DNA of 63,025 nucleotides, counting the filler, from Octopus bimaculoides (lineage: Eukaryota): the NCBI RefSeq assembly GCF_001194135.2. It is 5 parts of 4 records of this genome, joined end to end, with 100 filler letters (N's around TTAATTAATTAA, not from the genome) between each part and the next. Parts side by side here need not be neighbours in the genome. Positions count along the whole stretch, not along the records: positions 1 to 22,326 come from NC_068982.1; positions 22,427 to 40,510 come from NC_068982.1; 3 more parts are not named here. One strand, 5' to 3'. The stretch's first letter is position 1. Every line of letters begins with the position of its first letter. Shown here in pieces: positions 12,571-24,479 of this stretch. A program made the position numbers and the translations under genes. The notes beneath the pieces were generated by a model. The model saw only the letters and a list, made by a program, of their open reading frames with translations, did not search any database and had not been told where the DNA came from.

Positions 12571-14154
12571 GTGTGACTGAGTTAAATTATGGCAAGGGAC
12601 ACAACTCATTTCTTATCAAACTTTTCGTCGGATGTCTGCAACATTACTAAGCACTGTTTTACCCTCGAGTATTTACTATTCTTGTTGTTCAAACAGGAGT
12701 TATTGTTGACAATTTTTTCTAATGTGGCTTCTGTTATATTGTATGCTGTTGATTCTATTATTATAGTACTTCGCTTTATTATCTTTGTCAACTACCTCAA
12801 GAGATTAGTTACAACTGCCCCAACGGATTAGTTTCCTAGTTACAAAATCAGTGATTGTATGACACTGTGCTTTCTATATATTGCAAGTGAGGTTAAACTG
12901 CCACAATGCTTGGCAAACGAGTACCCACCACCGAGGAGATCCTATACAGATCGAAACCACGTGGTCTGGTGGTCTCGGAACTTGGATGGCAAGAGTTATC
13001 TCCCACTTGCAATAAATATCGACTGCGGGAAAGCGCACTGAATAAAGCAGCTGGATGAGATGTCTTCCTGGGGGTTAAAATAGCAGTATCGTCGTCTCTT
13101 GGAGGACAGCCACATTAAATTGGCCCTAAACAATACTTTTTGCTTTTGTTAGTTTTACAGTAGTCAGCATATTTGATGAATATTCCTTTTGTCTTCCACA
13201 ATTATTTTAGTCCCTAACGGCGGAATGGTAAACGTAGTGACAAGCGGGACAAAATGTTTGACATTATTTAATTATCTAATTATTGAATGTCTTACAGCAT
13301 TTCTGTCTTACTATATTTAACTTTGTGAATTTCTCCCGCTACAAGGTGGATATTGCGTAAGTCAGCTTGATAGAGCTTATTCTGCTTCAAGTGATACACT
13401 TCAGTAAAGGACTTGCATATCACTGCAAGCAAACAGAACTCCTCAGTTATGCAGTTTCTCTGCTGTGTACAGCTGTATGCTAGGATCTGTTCCATATCAA
13501 TCATAGATTAAATTTTTTTTTTTTAACTAAACAGTTTGAAACTTCGAATACTGGTCGAATTTCTCACGTAGAACACGGTTTACTCTGAACATTTTAAACA
13601 AAATTTGGTATTTTAGAAGTTATTTCATGTTAAAGTTGTCGTATTTGGGTAATTTCAATCAATCAACGACGTGTATTCAGTTGAAAAAAAGCTACTGCTG
13701 TTTGCGATAGTAATCGAAGAAGAACAACTTCCGGGTCATCTCTGTTAAATGTCATCACTCTATTCTATTCGTATAGCGAGCGAACCACATTTATCCTTTC
13801 TTCCTTTCAAGTCAGCTCCGTGCATTCCTTACTCTTTCCCTCCCTTCTACACTATCAACTAGCAACCAGCGAGCGAACTTGTCACTGCCACTACAATTAC
13901 TGTATTTTCCGGTGTATAAGCCACTATTTGTTTTTTTACCTTCATGTTTTGATAATGATATTTTTTTTTATCTAATAAAGACTTCTATATTGACGAAATG
14001 TGTTTGTTGTTGATTAAAGTAAGATAAAATCATGACAATAACAATACATGTCATACTTGTAAAATAAGGCATTTTGAAACTACACATATGTCAGTAACAA
14101 AAAAGCTAGCTACGTTCTGTGATTGAGATGGAATAGATCCGTGTGCTATTCTAC

Positions 14155-14480
14155 ACTGGTACTCCGTCGGTTACGGCGACGAGGACTCCAGTTAATCCGA
14201 TCAACAGAGCAGCCTACTCATGAAATTAATGCGCAAGTGGTTGAGCACTCCACAGACACGCGTACCCTTAACGTAGTTCTTAGGGAGATTTAGTGTGACA
14301 CAAAATGTGACAGGGCCGTTTTTTTGAATTACAGGTACAACTCATTTCTGTTAGCTGAATGGATTGGAGCAACATGAAATAAAGGATCTTTCTCAAGGAC
14401 ACAACATGCCGCCGGGAATCGAACTCACGACCTTACGATCGTGAGCCGACTACTCCGACCACTGAACCACGTGCCTTCAC
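14155..14480 (-). mobile_element. tRNA-derived SINE (family C)
   Basis: Minus-strand head GTGGTTCAGTGG...GAGTTCGATTCCCGG (A/B boxes) followed by TGTTGTGTCCTTGAG. A decayed homolog lies at ~32420-32700. Confidence 0.85.
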
Positions 14481-14501
14481 TATTCTATGCTATGTGTTAA
14501 G

Positions 14502-14573
14502 TATAAATATGACGTCAGATCTTTTTGAGAATCGTCTTAGCTGTTGACGTAACGCAAGAACTAATGACGAAAT
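14502..14573 (+). promoter_or_regulatory. Candidate TATA box plus a cluster of CRE/ATF-like sites upstream of the transporter gene
   Basis: TATAAATA 14502-14509, TGACGTCA 14510-14517, TGACGTAA 14545-14552, TGACGAAAT 14565-14573. Motif match only. Confidence 0.25.
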
Positions 14574-15046
14574 ACAAGCAAGTAGTTTGTTTCTGTGAAG
14601 ACGAAACTAATTGGACTTTTCATACGCTTTATTAAATCATATTCAAACAAATGTAATCTCAATTATTTCGGCCATATCAAATATTATAATGCCAGAAGCT
14701 TTGTGTGGGTGCATCAATAATATTTCGAATGAAAGCTTTTTATTTCATTTTTTTTGTCATTTCAGTTGCTAGCAATAAAAGTCACATGCAGGAATAAACT
14801 ATTTACATTGAATGCAGGCACCTTTTGTTTTTAATGAATTGTGTTCCTTTGTTTATCTCTTATTGTCTGTGAGTAGGTTTTCAGTCAACTCCGAGAGAAA
14901 TGAATGTGTAAAGTGAATACAGAATTTAAAAAAAAAAAATTCTAAAATAATAATGCAAATAATCCCAAGTTTTGCTGTAAAGTGTAAACTTTGCAATCAA
15001 CAATTTGTATATATTTTCATTTCGTAGATAAAGGAACATAAACGGG

Positions 15047-15118
15047 ATGCCTTCCAGAGCTAATTCACCCCTGGCAGATGATATGGATCCTTTGGCTGGT
15101 CCTGACGATAACACACAG
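15047..15118 (+). CDS. Aa_trans-family amino-acid transporter, probable first coding exon (MPSRANSPLADDMDPLAGPDDNTQ)
   Basis: Acceptor TTTTCATTTCGTAG ends at 15027, ATG at 15047, strong donor CAG|GTAAGA. 72 nt, phase 0, in frame with the next exon. Confidence 0.6.
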
Positions 15119-15160
15119 GTAAGATCCTCTTCTTCTCATGCTATCACACGAAAATTCAAT

Positions 15161-15381
15161 ATTTCCCTTTTGTTATCACATTTCTGCTGAAGTAGGCTGT
15201 CTTTGTTTCAATTAATTTAGAAAATATTGAGGAATTTAGTGAAATAACTTTGTCAGTTGGTGTTTAGAGCAAAAATTAGTTGGAAATTTTGTTGGAAGAT
15301 TTTAATTTAGTTTACTTTGAATCGAGATATTTGTATCAAAACCAGAGCTAGTCCCAGGCAGGTTATTATCAAAAAGGTTAA
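15161..15381. mobile_element. Possible decayed TTAA-ended (piggyBac-like) MITE
   Basis: Ends TTTCCCTTTTGTTATCAC and GTTATTATCAAAAAGGTTAA are imperfect inverted repeats. Confidence 0.3.
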
Positions 15382-16219
15382 TTTGTGGATACAAAACAGA
15401 GGAATATAATTTGGTTATTGCTTTTAATTGAATATGTTGATTAATTGACTCAAATTACTGGAATTAGAAAAAAATTATCAAGCGCATAAATGTACAAGAT
15501 TTAGCATTTAATATGACTACATTGGATCATTGCCATAAATTAGGTGTCTATGATGTTGCTTATATTGTTGTTGTAGTGTAGTGTTAGTGTTGGAGTTTAG
15601 CCCTAGAACACTTCTGTCTAAACAAGCTCATAATCAAAACTGTTTCAGCCATGACCATCTTAGTCATTGTATAATCTGGACTTCATTGTATTCTCCGATT
15701 CGTTTCTCTCTGTTCAAGACCTTAGTGTGTAATTTGCGTGAGATTTGGCCCTATTTCTAGTAGGTCGAGCAATCACGCAAAGGCTCCCACAGTGACTCAT
15801 TTATATTGTAATTTGAGCATCTAAAATCTTGTTGGTATCTGTGATGAGCGCTGTAGAATAATCCACAAGTAGTCAGCTCTCAGTAATCCATTTACAATTC
15901 CCAGTTGAAAATATTCTAGGTCCCTAACAATGCTGATAAACATTTAGAAAGGTATGCTCATCAAAACTTTTCATCGGGACCAATTAGAGGTACCAGTAAC
16001 ACGGGAAGTCACCAATAGCTAGGGGCGTCACTTGATTTGTCTGCGCTCTTTGAAATATCAAGTGGAAAAATGTCAAAATAATGTACAAAATAAATAATAA
16101 TTCTTATAAGCAATAAATTGTAGTAAACGCTTTATTTGTACATTTGTAGTTATTGATACAGCCTTCTTTTTCAAATCGGTGTTTGATTTATTTATATATT
16201 ATTACATATCAACGTTGTT

Positions 16220-16410
16220 AAGGCGGCGAGCTGGCAGAATCGTTTGTACGCCGGGTGAAATGCTTAGTGGCATTTCATCTGTTTTACACTCTGAGTTCAA
16301 ATTCCGCCGATATCGACGTTCCACATCATCATTTCGGGGTCGATAAAATAAGTATCTGTTAAGCACAGGTATTGACGTAATCAACTTCTAATAATTTGCT
16401 GGCCCTATAA
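16220..16410 (+). mobile_element. Family A SINE (intron 1)
   Basis: AAGGCGGCGAGCTGGCAGAATCG...CTGAGTTCAAATTCCGCCG. Confidence 0.85.
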
Positions 16411-17496
16411 AATTTTTATCATTACCTTTTTTTTTTATGAGAGTTTTGGAATGGGGTTTTGAACAACGTTCTCATTGTTTGTATAATTTGTTCTACAGTT
16501 ATAATATCTGTATTTAATATAGCTCATTAGATTAATTCTATGTTGAGTTGTCAATATTTCTTGAAATAAAACTACCACACGCTACTGTCGATTCCTTAGA
16601 ATTATGACGTATCTCTTTATGTTCTGTTACTTAATGGTCTAACGAACAGAACATAAATTCAGTAACATACTGAAACAAGTAACAAGGGAATGTCGATAAA
16701 CCGCATCAAGGCCGCACTGCAACATCGTCGCAGTCCGACGACTGAGACCACTCACAGAATTTATACATAATATATGATATATATAGAAATATATATATAT
16801 ATATATATATANNNNNNNNNNNNNNNNNNNNNNNNNNNNNNNNNNNNNNNNNNNNNNNNNNNNNNNNNNNNNNNNNNNNNNNNNNNNNNNNNNNNNNNNN
16901 NNNNNNNNNNNNNNNNNNNNNNNNNNNNNNNNNNNNNNNNNNNNNNNNNNNNNNNNNNNNNNNNNNNNNNNNNNNNNNNNNNNNNNNNNNNNNNNNNNNN
17001 NNNNNNNNNNNNNNNNNNNNNNNNNNNNNNNNNNNNNNNNNNNNNNNNNNNNNNNNNNNNNNNNNNNNNNNNNNNNNNNNNNNNNNNNNNNNNNNNNNNN
17101 NNNNNNNNNNNNNNNNNNNNNNNNNNNNNNNNNNNNNNNNNNNNNNNNNNNNNNNNNNNNNNNNNNNNNNNNNNNNNNNNNNNNNNNNNNNNNNNNNNNN
17201 NNNNNNNNNNNNNNNNNNNNNNNNNNNNNNNNNNNNNNNNNNNNNNNNNNNNNNNNNNNNNNNNNNNNNNNNNNNNNNNNNNNNNNNNNNNNNNNNNNNN
17301 NNNNNNNNNNNNNNNNNNNNNNNNNNNNNNNNNNNNNNNNNNNNNNNNNNNNNAGAAATCATAAATCCGAAATAGAAGTACGCTCTTAGCAACAGAGCAG
17401 TAGAGTATTTAAAGACAGTTATCGCCGGTTTCTAGGGTTACCCAAGGTTTTGGGTCCATAAAGCGCTTAGCTTTACAACGTCTCGTCAGATTGTCT

Positions 17497-17560
<64 letters not shown>

Positions 17561-18425
17561 ACGCAGGTGGTGTCAAGAAAAGATTTATTGAAGTATAAAC
17601 TATTTACTTTTCAAGTGAATTCCGAGTCAGAAAATTATCGTATAAATATTAATATGATTTTTCCAGGATCGAGTTTATCGTTCATCCTGCTGTTATCAAT
17701 GAAATAAGTAGCTGCCAGATTCTAGGAATCGATATATTCAGAGAGACACAGACGTGTGGTTTATGTATCATTCAATGACAATCAGTAGATATTTAGATTG
17801 GATCTGAGTCTAGGGATTTTGGAAAGAAGGATGGGGAATGACGGTAGCGGGTTTAATATTATATTTTGACATTAAAGTGAGTGGGGTAAATGTAGAGTTG
17901 ATCATGGTAGCTCCTGGCCAGGAGCTTGATTTCAATGCTTGCAACAGATAAGGAATAGCAGTTGGCATTAAACCTACAAAGCCACTTGTCCTGAAATATC
18001 CCTTTCTTTTCATTAAAACAACACAGTCCATTGAATACCGAAGGCGACAAATGACAAATTTTTATTTGAACAATATATAAACTCAATTTCTTGACTTAAT
18101 TGAAAGCGACGTAGCGACATCTTTGGCTTTTGCAAGCTTTCACTGTCAAGTGACGTAATGTCTTGATATTTATCTCCGATTAAATCATTCTTCTGTACTT
18201 GACTGGTACTTCATTGATCGAGCAGAGAAGAAGAGACAAAGTTGACGTTGGAAAGAATCACATGAATGCCTCTATACTGATTTTATAATCGTTTCTAGAA
18301 CTATTTAGTAAAAATATACCGAAACAAGAAATTTGTGTTTAAATGTGTTGGTTGGTGTGACTTTGTGTTTGTTTTCATGAATTAGTATTTCTCATGACAG
18401 TTTTCTAAAATCTTAAATTTTACAG

Positions 18426-18534
18426 GCTTCATCTTCACATCGTGGTATTTCCTACATTACGGCAAGTATATTTATTATTGGAGAAATTGCCGGAACTGGT
18501 CTGCTTACTCTACCTAAGGCTCTGGAAGATACGG
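18426..18534 (+). CDS. Aa_trans transporter coding exon 2 (ASSSHRGISYITASIFIIGEIAGTGLLTLPKALEDT-G), TM1
   Basis: TTTTACAG acceptor and G|GTAAGA donor; 109 nt. Matches the TM1 motif G.s...a..FI.GE.AG.G.L.LP.A of Aa_trans proteins. Confidence 0.9.
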
Positions 18535-18975
18535 GTAAGAAAACTACAAGCGGAATTACATTAGCACAGACACATAAGCACATCGGCATAATGCAGCAGA
18601 AACAAGGTGGGGTGATAAAGGTCAATTACATCGAACCCCAGAGCTTCAGTAATTTAATTCATCTTTGATAGAGTACCATTCTCTGGCTCTATGTGATTAG
18701 TACCCAGTGACAGGCCGAAGCGAGATGATTAATAATCACAAGAAAGCGCAGGTTTTTATATCAGAGTGCTCTTCTCCTTGAAGGATGCTGTGACCATAGC
18801 TGGGGTTCCTCACCACCGGTGGTTTTAAAGCGCGTTATGACACCAACCAGGGGTATATCTGCTCTGATGGATTATCATCACATCTACTAGTTAACGCATA
18901 ATCGAGACCCTGACAGGTCAGAGTAGACTTAAGAACTAGAACCACACTACTGCATGCAGTTTAAAGTCAACCCCA

Positions 18976-19014
<39 letters not shown>

Positions 19015-19046
19015 TACATATATATATCTATAAGCGCACGCCTGCA

Positions 19047-19085
<39 letters not shown>

Positions 19086-19274
19086 ATGAATGTATGTGTG
19101 TGTATATGTATGTGTGTGTATATGTATGTGTGTGTATATGTATGTGTGTGTATATGTATGTGTGTGTATATGTATGTGTGTGCGAAAAACTTCATGTACC
19201 AGAAAAATGCAGGCGCTCATATGTTAAGTAACAGAGTCCGTATATTATTATTTATATAATCATATTTATATAAA

Positions 19275-19441
19275 GGTGGTGGCAAGCTGGCAGAATCGTT
19301 AGCACGCCGGGAAAAATGCATAGCGGCATTTCGTACGTCTTTAAATTCCACCGAGGTCGACTTTGCTTTACATCCTTTCGGGGTCGATAAATTAAGCACC
19401 AGTCAAGTACTGGGGTCGATCTGATTGACTTCGCCCACTCG

Positions 19442-19480
<39 letters not shown>

Positions 19481-19510
19481 GGCCTTGTGCCTATAGTAGA
19501 AAGGATTATT
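19275..19510 (+). mobile_element. Family A SINE containing an internal poly(A) run (19442-19477)
   Basis: AAGGTGGTGGCAAGCTGGCAGAATCGTTAGC head. The tail resumes after the A-run (TCAGGCCTTGTGCCTATAGTAGAAAGG). Confidence 0.85.
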
Positions 19511-19683
19511 TACATAATATATTATAGTTTCATGAAAGCTAAATTGCAAAACAGTTTCATGCCAGAAATTGAGAAGGAAATTCAACAATCATCAGAAATA
19601 GTTAAAAGGAATAAATTGGTTTGGGTTCTTTGCCATTGGAAGCCTCAAAGTGGCACATCAGATTTGTGTGTTTGAGGGGTATT

Positions 19684-19684
19684 G

Positions 19685-19739
<55 letters not shown>

Positions 19740-19812
19740 CCTGCTACTACTACTACTACTACTACTAATGCTGCTGCTACTACTACTACTACTACTACTA
19801 ATGCTGCTGCTG

Positions 19813-19870
<58 letters not shown>
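19684..19870. repeat. Compound (CTA)n/(CTG)n trinucleotide repeat
   Basis: Blocks of ACT repeats alternate with (GCT)n blocks. Confidence 0.95.
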
Positions 19871-19872
<2 letters not shown>

Positions 19873-20102
19873 TTAAGGTTCTGAATTCAAAATGCGCCAG
19901 AATCAACTTTTGCAGTTCATTTCTTCTGGGTCGATAAAATAATGTCCCAGTTAACTGTAGAGAGTCAATGTAATTTTGATTAAAGCCCTTCCCCTCAAAA
20001 GTCGCTACCCCCCTCTGTCTGGAAGAGAAACCATATTTATTTCATCATATTTGTAATTACCGATTGTAATTGATAATGTTAACGCTGCGGTCATCGTTTC
20101 AG

Positions 20103-20271
20103 GATGGATCGGAATACTGGTTATCACCTTAGGCTGTGCTTTATCAACTTTTACGGGAATAACTTTATCAAAGAACTGGTGTATACTGGTGGACAGGTAC
20201 TCGGAGTACATGGAAAGTAACCAGCATCCTTATCCAACCTTGGGCCAGATAACGTTCGGCAAATTTGGCAG
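20103..20271 (+). CDS. Aa_trans transporter coding exon 3 (GWIGILVITLGCALSTFTGITLSKNWCILVDRYSEYMESNQHPYPTLGQITFGKFG-R)
   Basis: TTTCAG acceptor and AG|GTAACC donor; 169 nt. Phase 1 in and phase 2 out; GW..TM2 and the Y.EY....PYP..G...FG..GR motif. Confidence 0.9.
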
Positions 20272-20334
20272 GTAACCAGATAAGCATTCTATGTTCTTAA
20301 TTTCTAAGAGTGGCACAAGGCCCACCTCAAATAT

Positions 20335-20940
20335 TCTTTTTATTCTTTTATTTGTTTCAGTCATTTGACTGCGGCCACGCTGGAGCACCGCCTTATGGTC
20401 GAACAAATCGACCCCCCCCCCAGGATTTATTCTTTGTAAGCCTAGTACTTATTCTATCGGGTCTCTTTTGCCGAACTACTATATGTGTGCCGAACTACTA
20501 TATGTGTTCGTGTTTGTCCCTCCCACCATCGCTTGATAACCGATGGTGTGAGAGACAAACACAAACATATACGCACAAGCACATTCACACACACACACAC
20601 ACACATATAAGACGGGTTTCTTTCAGTTTCCGCTTACCAAATCCACTCACAAGGCTTTGATCGGCCTGAGGCCATAGTAGAAGGCACTTGCCTAAGGTGC
20701 CACGCAGTGGGACTGAACCCGGAACCATGTGGTTGGTAAGCAAGCTTCTTACCACACAGCCACCCTGCGCCCATTATCTTTTATCTTTAATCTGTTTACT
20801 TGTTTCAGACATTAGATTGCGGCTATGCTGGGGCACCACCTTGAAGAATTTTTAGCCGAATGAATCGACCCCAGGTCTTGATTTTTTAAAGCCTGGTACT
20901 TATTCTATTGGACTCTTTTGCCGAACCGCTCGTTTACGGG
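20335..20940 (-). mobile_element. Family B SINEs (one near full length at 20335-20770, one cut by a gap)
   Basis: Minus-strand head GTGGCTGTGTGGTAAGAAGCTTGC...GGTTCCGGGTTCAGTCCC; homologous to 4688-5465. Confidence 0.85.
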
Positions 20941-21734
20941 NNNNNNNNNNNNNNNNNNNNNNNNNNNNNNNNNNNNNNNNNNNNNNNNNNNNNNNNNNNN
21001 NNNNNNNNNNNNNNNNNNNNNNNNNNNNNNNNNNNNNNNNNNNNNNNNNNNNNNNNNNNNNNNNNNNNNNNNNNNNNNNNNNNNNNNNNNNNNNNNNNNN
21101 NNNNNNNNNNNNNNNNNNNNNNNNNNNNNNNNNNNNNNNNNNNNNNNNNNNNNNNNNNNNNNNNNNNNNNNNNNNNNNNNNNNNNNNNNNNNNNNNNNNN
21201 NNNNNNNNNNNNNNNNNNNNNNNNNNNNNNNNNNNNNNNNNNNNNNNNNNNNNNNNNNNNNNNNNNNNNNNNNNNNNNNNNNNNNNNNNNNNNNNNNNNN
21301 NNNNNNNNNNNNNNNNNNNNNNNNNNNNNNNNNNNNNNTACACAGACAGACAGACACAGACACACACACACACACGCACACAAATACATACACACGGAAA
21401 TACGCACAAAAATGTATACGCACAACCAAAACTCACGCACACACACAAATATACATACACACACAAATACACACACACACACACATACACACACAAATAT
21501 ACACACACACGAATATACACACACACAAATACACACACACGGAAATACACCGCACAAACAAAACTCACGCAGACACACACACACACACACACAAATACAC
21601 AGACAGATAGACAGAAACACACACATAGTGTGTACAAGCTAATAAGCCTTAGAATTATAGAATTACACGTACAATTGTATAATGAACAAACAACACACCG
21701 TTATATATTTATCCTTTACTTTTATATCTTGCAG

Positions 21735-21914
21735 GTTTATCGTATCTTGCTGTATCAACATCACACTATTCGGTGGCTGTGTAGTCTTCCTTTTGCTGGG
21801 TGCCACATTGTTAACGGATCTGACTGCCCCAGCTTTACCTCTCTGTCATTCAGTACTAGTAATTGCAGGAGCACTGGTTCCCATCTCCTGGCTTGGAACG
21901 CCCAAAGACTTCTG
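21735..21914 (+). CDS. Aa_trans transporter coding exon 4 (FIVSCCINITLFGGCVVFLLLGATLLTDLTAPALPLCHSVLVIAGALVPISWLGTPKDF-W)
   Basis: TTGCAG acceptor and TG|GTAAAA donor; 180 nt, phase 2 on both sides. TM3-TM4 with the conserved P.SWLGTPKDFW motif. Confidence 0.9.
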
Positions 21915-22003
21915 GTAAAAGTAATTTATGTAAATATAAGTAGAAATTACTTATAAAGTAATGACCAACATGACACTTATTACTTAATTATGAAATATCC
22001 GAA

Positions 22004-22036
<33 letters not shown>

Positions 22037-22037
22037 G

Positions 22038-22095
<58 letters not shown>

Positions 22096-22326
22096 CATCG
22101 TATACATCTTATCTTCGAAACGTCTAGATAGAATAGAGACAGCTGATGAAGGGATATTCCAAGTGGTTTTCCGTTTTCCTATATGTTCGTTCCGTTGTCT
22201 GTAGTTTATTGTTCTAACGTCCTGTACCCTGATATGCATGTATATACACATGTAGATGTAAGTATGTACATATATGTGTGTATACATGTATATATATTCT
22301 TTGTATTATTATATATATATATATAT

Positions 22327-22426
22327 NNNNNNNNNNNNNNNNNNNNNNNNNNNNNNNNNNNNNNNNNNNNTTAATTAATTAANNNNNNNNNNNNNNNNNN
22401 NNNNNNNNNNNNNNNNNNNNNNNNNN
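22327..22426. other. Artificial scaffold-join spacer (44 N + TTAATTAATTAA + 44 N)
   Basis: The identical 100-bp layout recurs at 40511-40610, 44902-45001 and 59623-59722. The 12-mer contains stops in all six frames. Confidence 0.85.
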
Positions 22427-22741
22427 ACCAGGAAACCCCAAAATGGCTGAAGTCCAAAAGATAGTGCTCATGGGAACTGCCCATATCCTACGTAAAATAC
22501 TGTCTATGTGATCTCAAATTTTAAAGCAAACATAATTTTCTTATGGTTTCTTAAACATTCACTTGAACAAAACTGTACAAATCCAAATATATGGTACCCT
22601 AGGCATAACACCTACATGAACTTCTAACTTGTTGTCTCTTGAGGTCTCTGGGTGAGACTTGGATCCAACTTGTACAAATGCAAAACAAAAGTCAAACATA
22701 AAATAATAATAATAATAATAGTAATAATAATAATAATAATA
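22427..22741 (+). mobile_element. R4/Dong-type LINE extreme 3' end with an (AAT)n tail
   Basis: PGNPKMAEVQKIVLMGTAHILRKILSM*, then a UTR and (AAT)n at ~22703-22741. Confidence 0.8.
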
Positions 22742-22794
22742 GGAAGGGGTGTTACAGGGGAGTTCGAGCAGTCCTAAAATCTGAGTTAAATGCA

Positions 22795-24110
22795 CGTAAC
22801 AAGGTATTAGCTATAAATTCCTTAGCAGTTCCAGTTAGCTATAAATTCCTTAGCAGTTTCAATGTGCTGAACTGGAATACGAACGAAATAAGGAAGTTTA
22901 GCAAGAAAATCCGTAAGCTGCTGACTTGCAATAAGATGCACCACCCAAAATCAGATGCAGATTGTCTTTAACTACCCAGAGCTCAAGGAACGCAAAGTCT
23001 TGATCCAATTTGAAATCTCCTACAAAACTACTACAACTGGACTGGTGAAATATCTTGAAACATTTAACGACTGTATGCTAAAGATCATTGAAAACCATGA
23101 AAGATGTAAGAATCTTCGTTGTGTTATAAAGGAGAGTAAACAATTTCCAAGTGAGTTTATGCATAATACCCAGGTTGAACAGCATGAGGAGAATGCAGCA
23201 ACTGTAGTTGCAAAGAAGGTGAAATCAGTAGCAAAGCCAAATGCGCTTAAACAATTGGCTGATGGTAAAAAAACCTCTGCATGGCAAATATGTGGCCCGT
23301 AGCAAAGAAGCTGATGGAAACCGGAAGCACACCTATCAGTGACTACGGAGCTCAGGGCTAAAGGCAGAGGGTCAAGGCTTTATCTTGGCTGCCCAAGAAC
23401 AGAGATTATTGACCCGGAACTATAAAATCAAGAGTGCTGACAAATGGTACAAGCACCACTCTGAGACTGAAACTTAAGGAGAAAATGTAACTCTCGTTTG
23501 GGACGTCGCAGTATGTACAGACCTGACCATCAGAGCAAATAAACCAGATATTGTTGTGAAAGACAAAAGCAATAAAGTTTGTTTATTGATTGGCATGAGC
23601 ATCATACCCTGTGACCATAATATCTCTGCAAAAGAATTTGATAAGCTCAGAAAATATATAGATTTGCTAATCGAAATCGAAAAGATGTGGCATTTCAAGA
23701 TGGTTACAATACCAGTGAGTGTAGGAGCTCTTGGAATGATCAAAAAAGGAACTGAAAATTATCTAAGAATGATCCTGGTTTACCATCCACGTAAGAAGTG
23801 CAAAAGATTGTCTTAACTGGTACGTCACACGTATTAAGAAGAGCGTTGTCGTTGTGAATTTTCTTTCCTTTTTTTCCACCTTTATTTTATTTGTTTCCTT
23901 TTCTATTTTTTTACTTTTCCCTTTTTCTCTATGTCTTCCACTTTTTCTCCGTCAAATTCCTCTGTAAATGAACAACCTGGTGTGAATATATTAATGGCCA
24001 ACCAATGTATACAGTACGCTTTTCTGCCCTAGGTGTCAGGAAGACACTCGGCGAGAAATGGAAAGAGAATTGGAAGACGATGCAAATGAAAATGATAATA
24101 ACAGATAATA
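22795..24110 (+). mobile_element. Decayed R4/Dong-type LINE (RT C-terminus to REL endonuclease)
   Basis: KIRKLLTCNKMHHPKSDAD.L.LPR..G...LIQFEISYKTTTTGLVKYL...; ANKPDIVVKDKSNKVCLLI..IPCDHNISAKEFDKLRKYIDLLIEIEKMWHFKMVTIPVSVGALG. Confidence 0.85.
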
Positions 24111-24118
24111 ATCATTTC

Positions 24119-24470
24119 TACTGGAAGCACTAGGCCTCAAATTTGGGGGAAGAGATTAAGTCGACTACATCGACTCTAGTGCGTAACTGGTACTTATTTA
24201 ATCGACTCCAAACGGTTGAAAGGCAAAGTCAACCCCGGCGAAATTTGAACTCAGAAAGTAGCGACGTGCGAGATACCGCTAAGCACGCTGGCCGAAATGC
24301 TTAGCGGTATTTTGCACGTTGCTACGTTCTGAGTTCAAATTCCGCCGAGTTCAGCTTTGACTTTCATCCTTTCAGGGTCGATAAATAAGTACCAGTGGAA
24401 CACTGGGGTCAATGTAACCGACTAGCCTTCCTTCCCCCAAAATTTCAGGTCTTGCGCATTTTGTAGACAG
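24119..24470. mobile_element. Head-to-head inverted pair of family A SINEs
   Basis: The minus copy ends ..GATACCGCTAAGCA at 24285. After a 12-nt spacer the plus copy starts TGCTTAGCGGTATT at 24298. Confidence 0.9.
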
Positions 24471-24479
24471 TATTATTGT

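Noticed and set aside
17411-17498. Minus-strand CTGACGA ... GAAACCGG with complementary flanks
   Set aside because: Helix II does not close next to the core and there is no valid NUH triplet. The related repeat at ~56110-56280 lacks the CUGANGA box.
20005-20211. 68-aa minus-strand ORF
   Set aside because: Antisense shadow of transporter exon 3.
22105-22165. GAAACGTC followed by CTGATGA (type II hammerhead order)
   Set aside because: Helix I cannot form and helix II starts with a mismatch. It may be a PLE-related end but is not supportable as a ribozyme.
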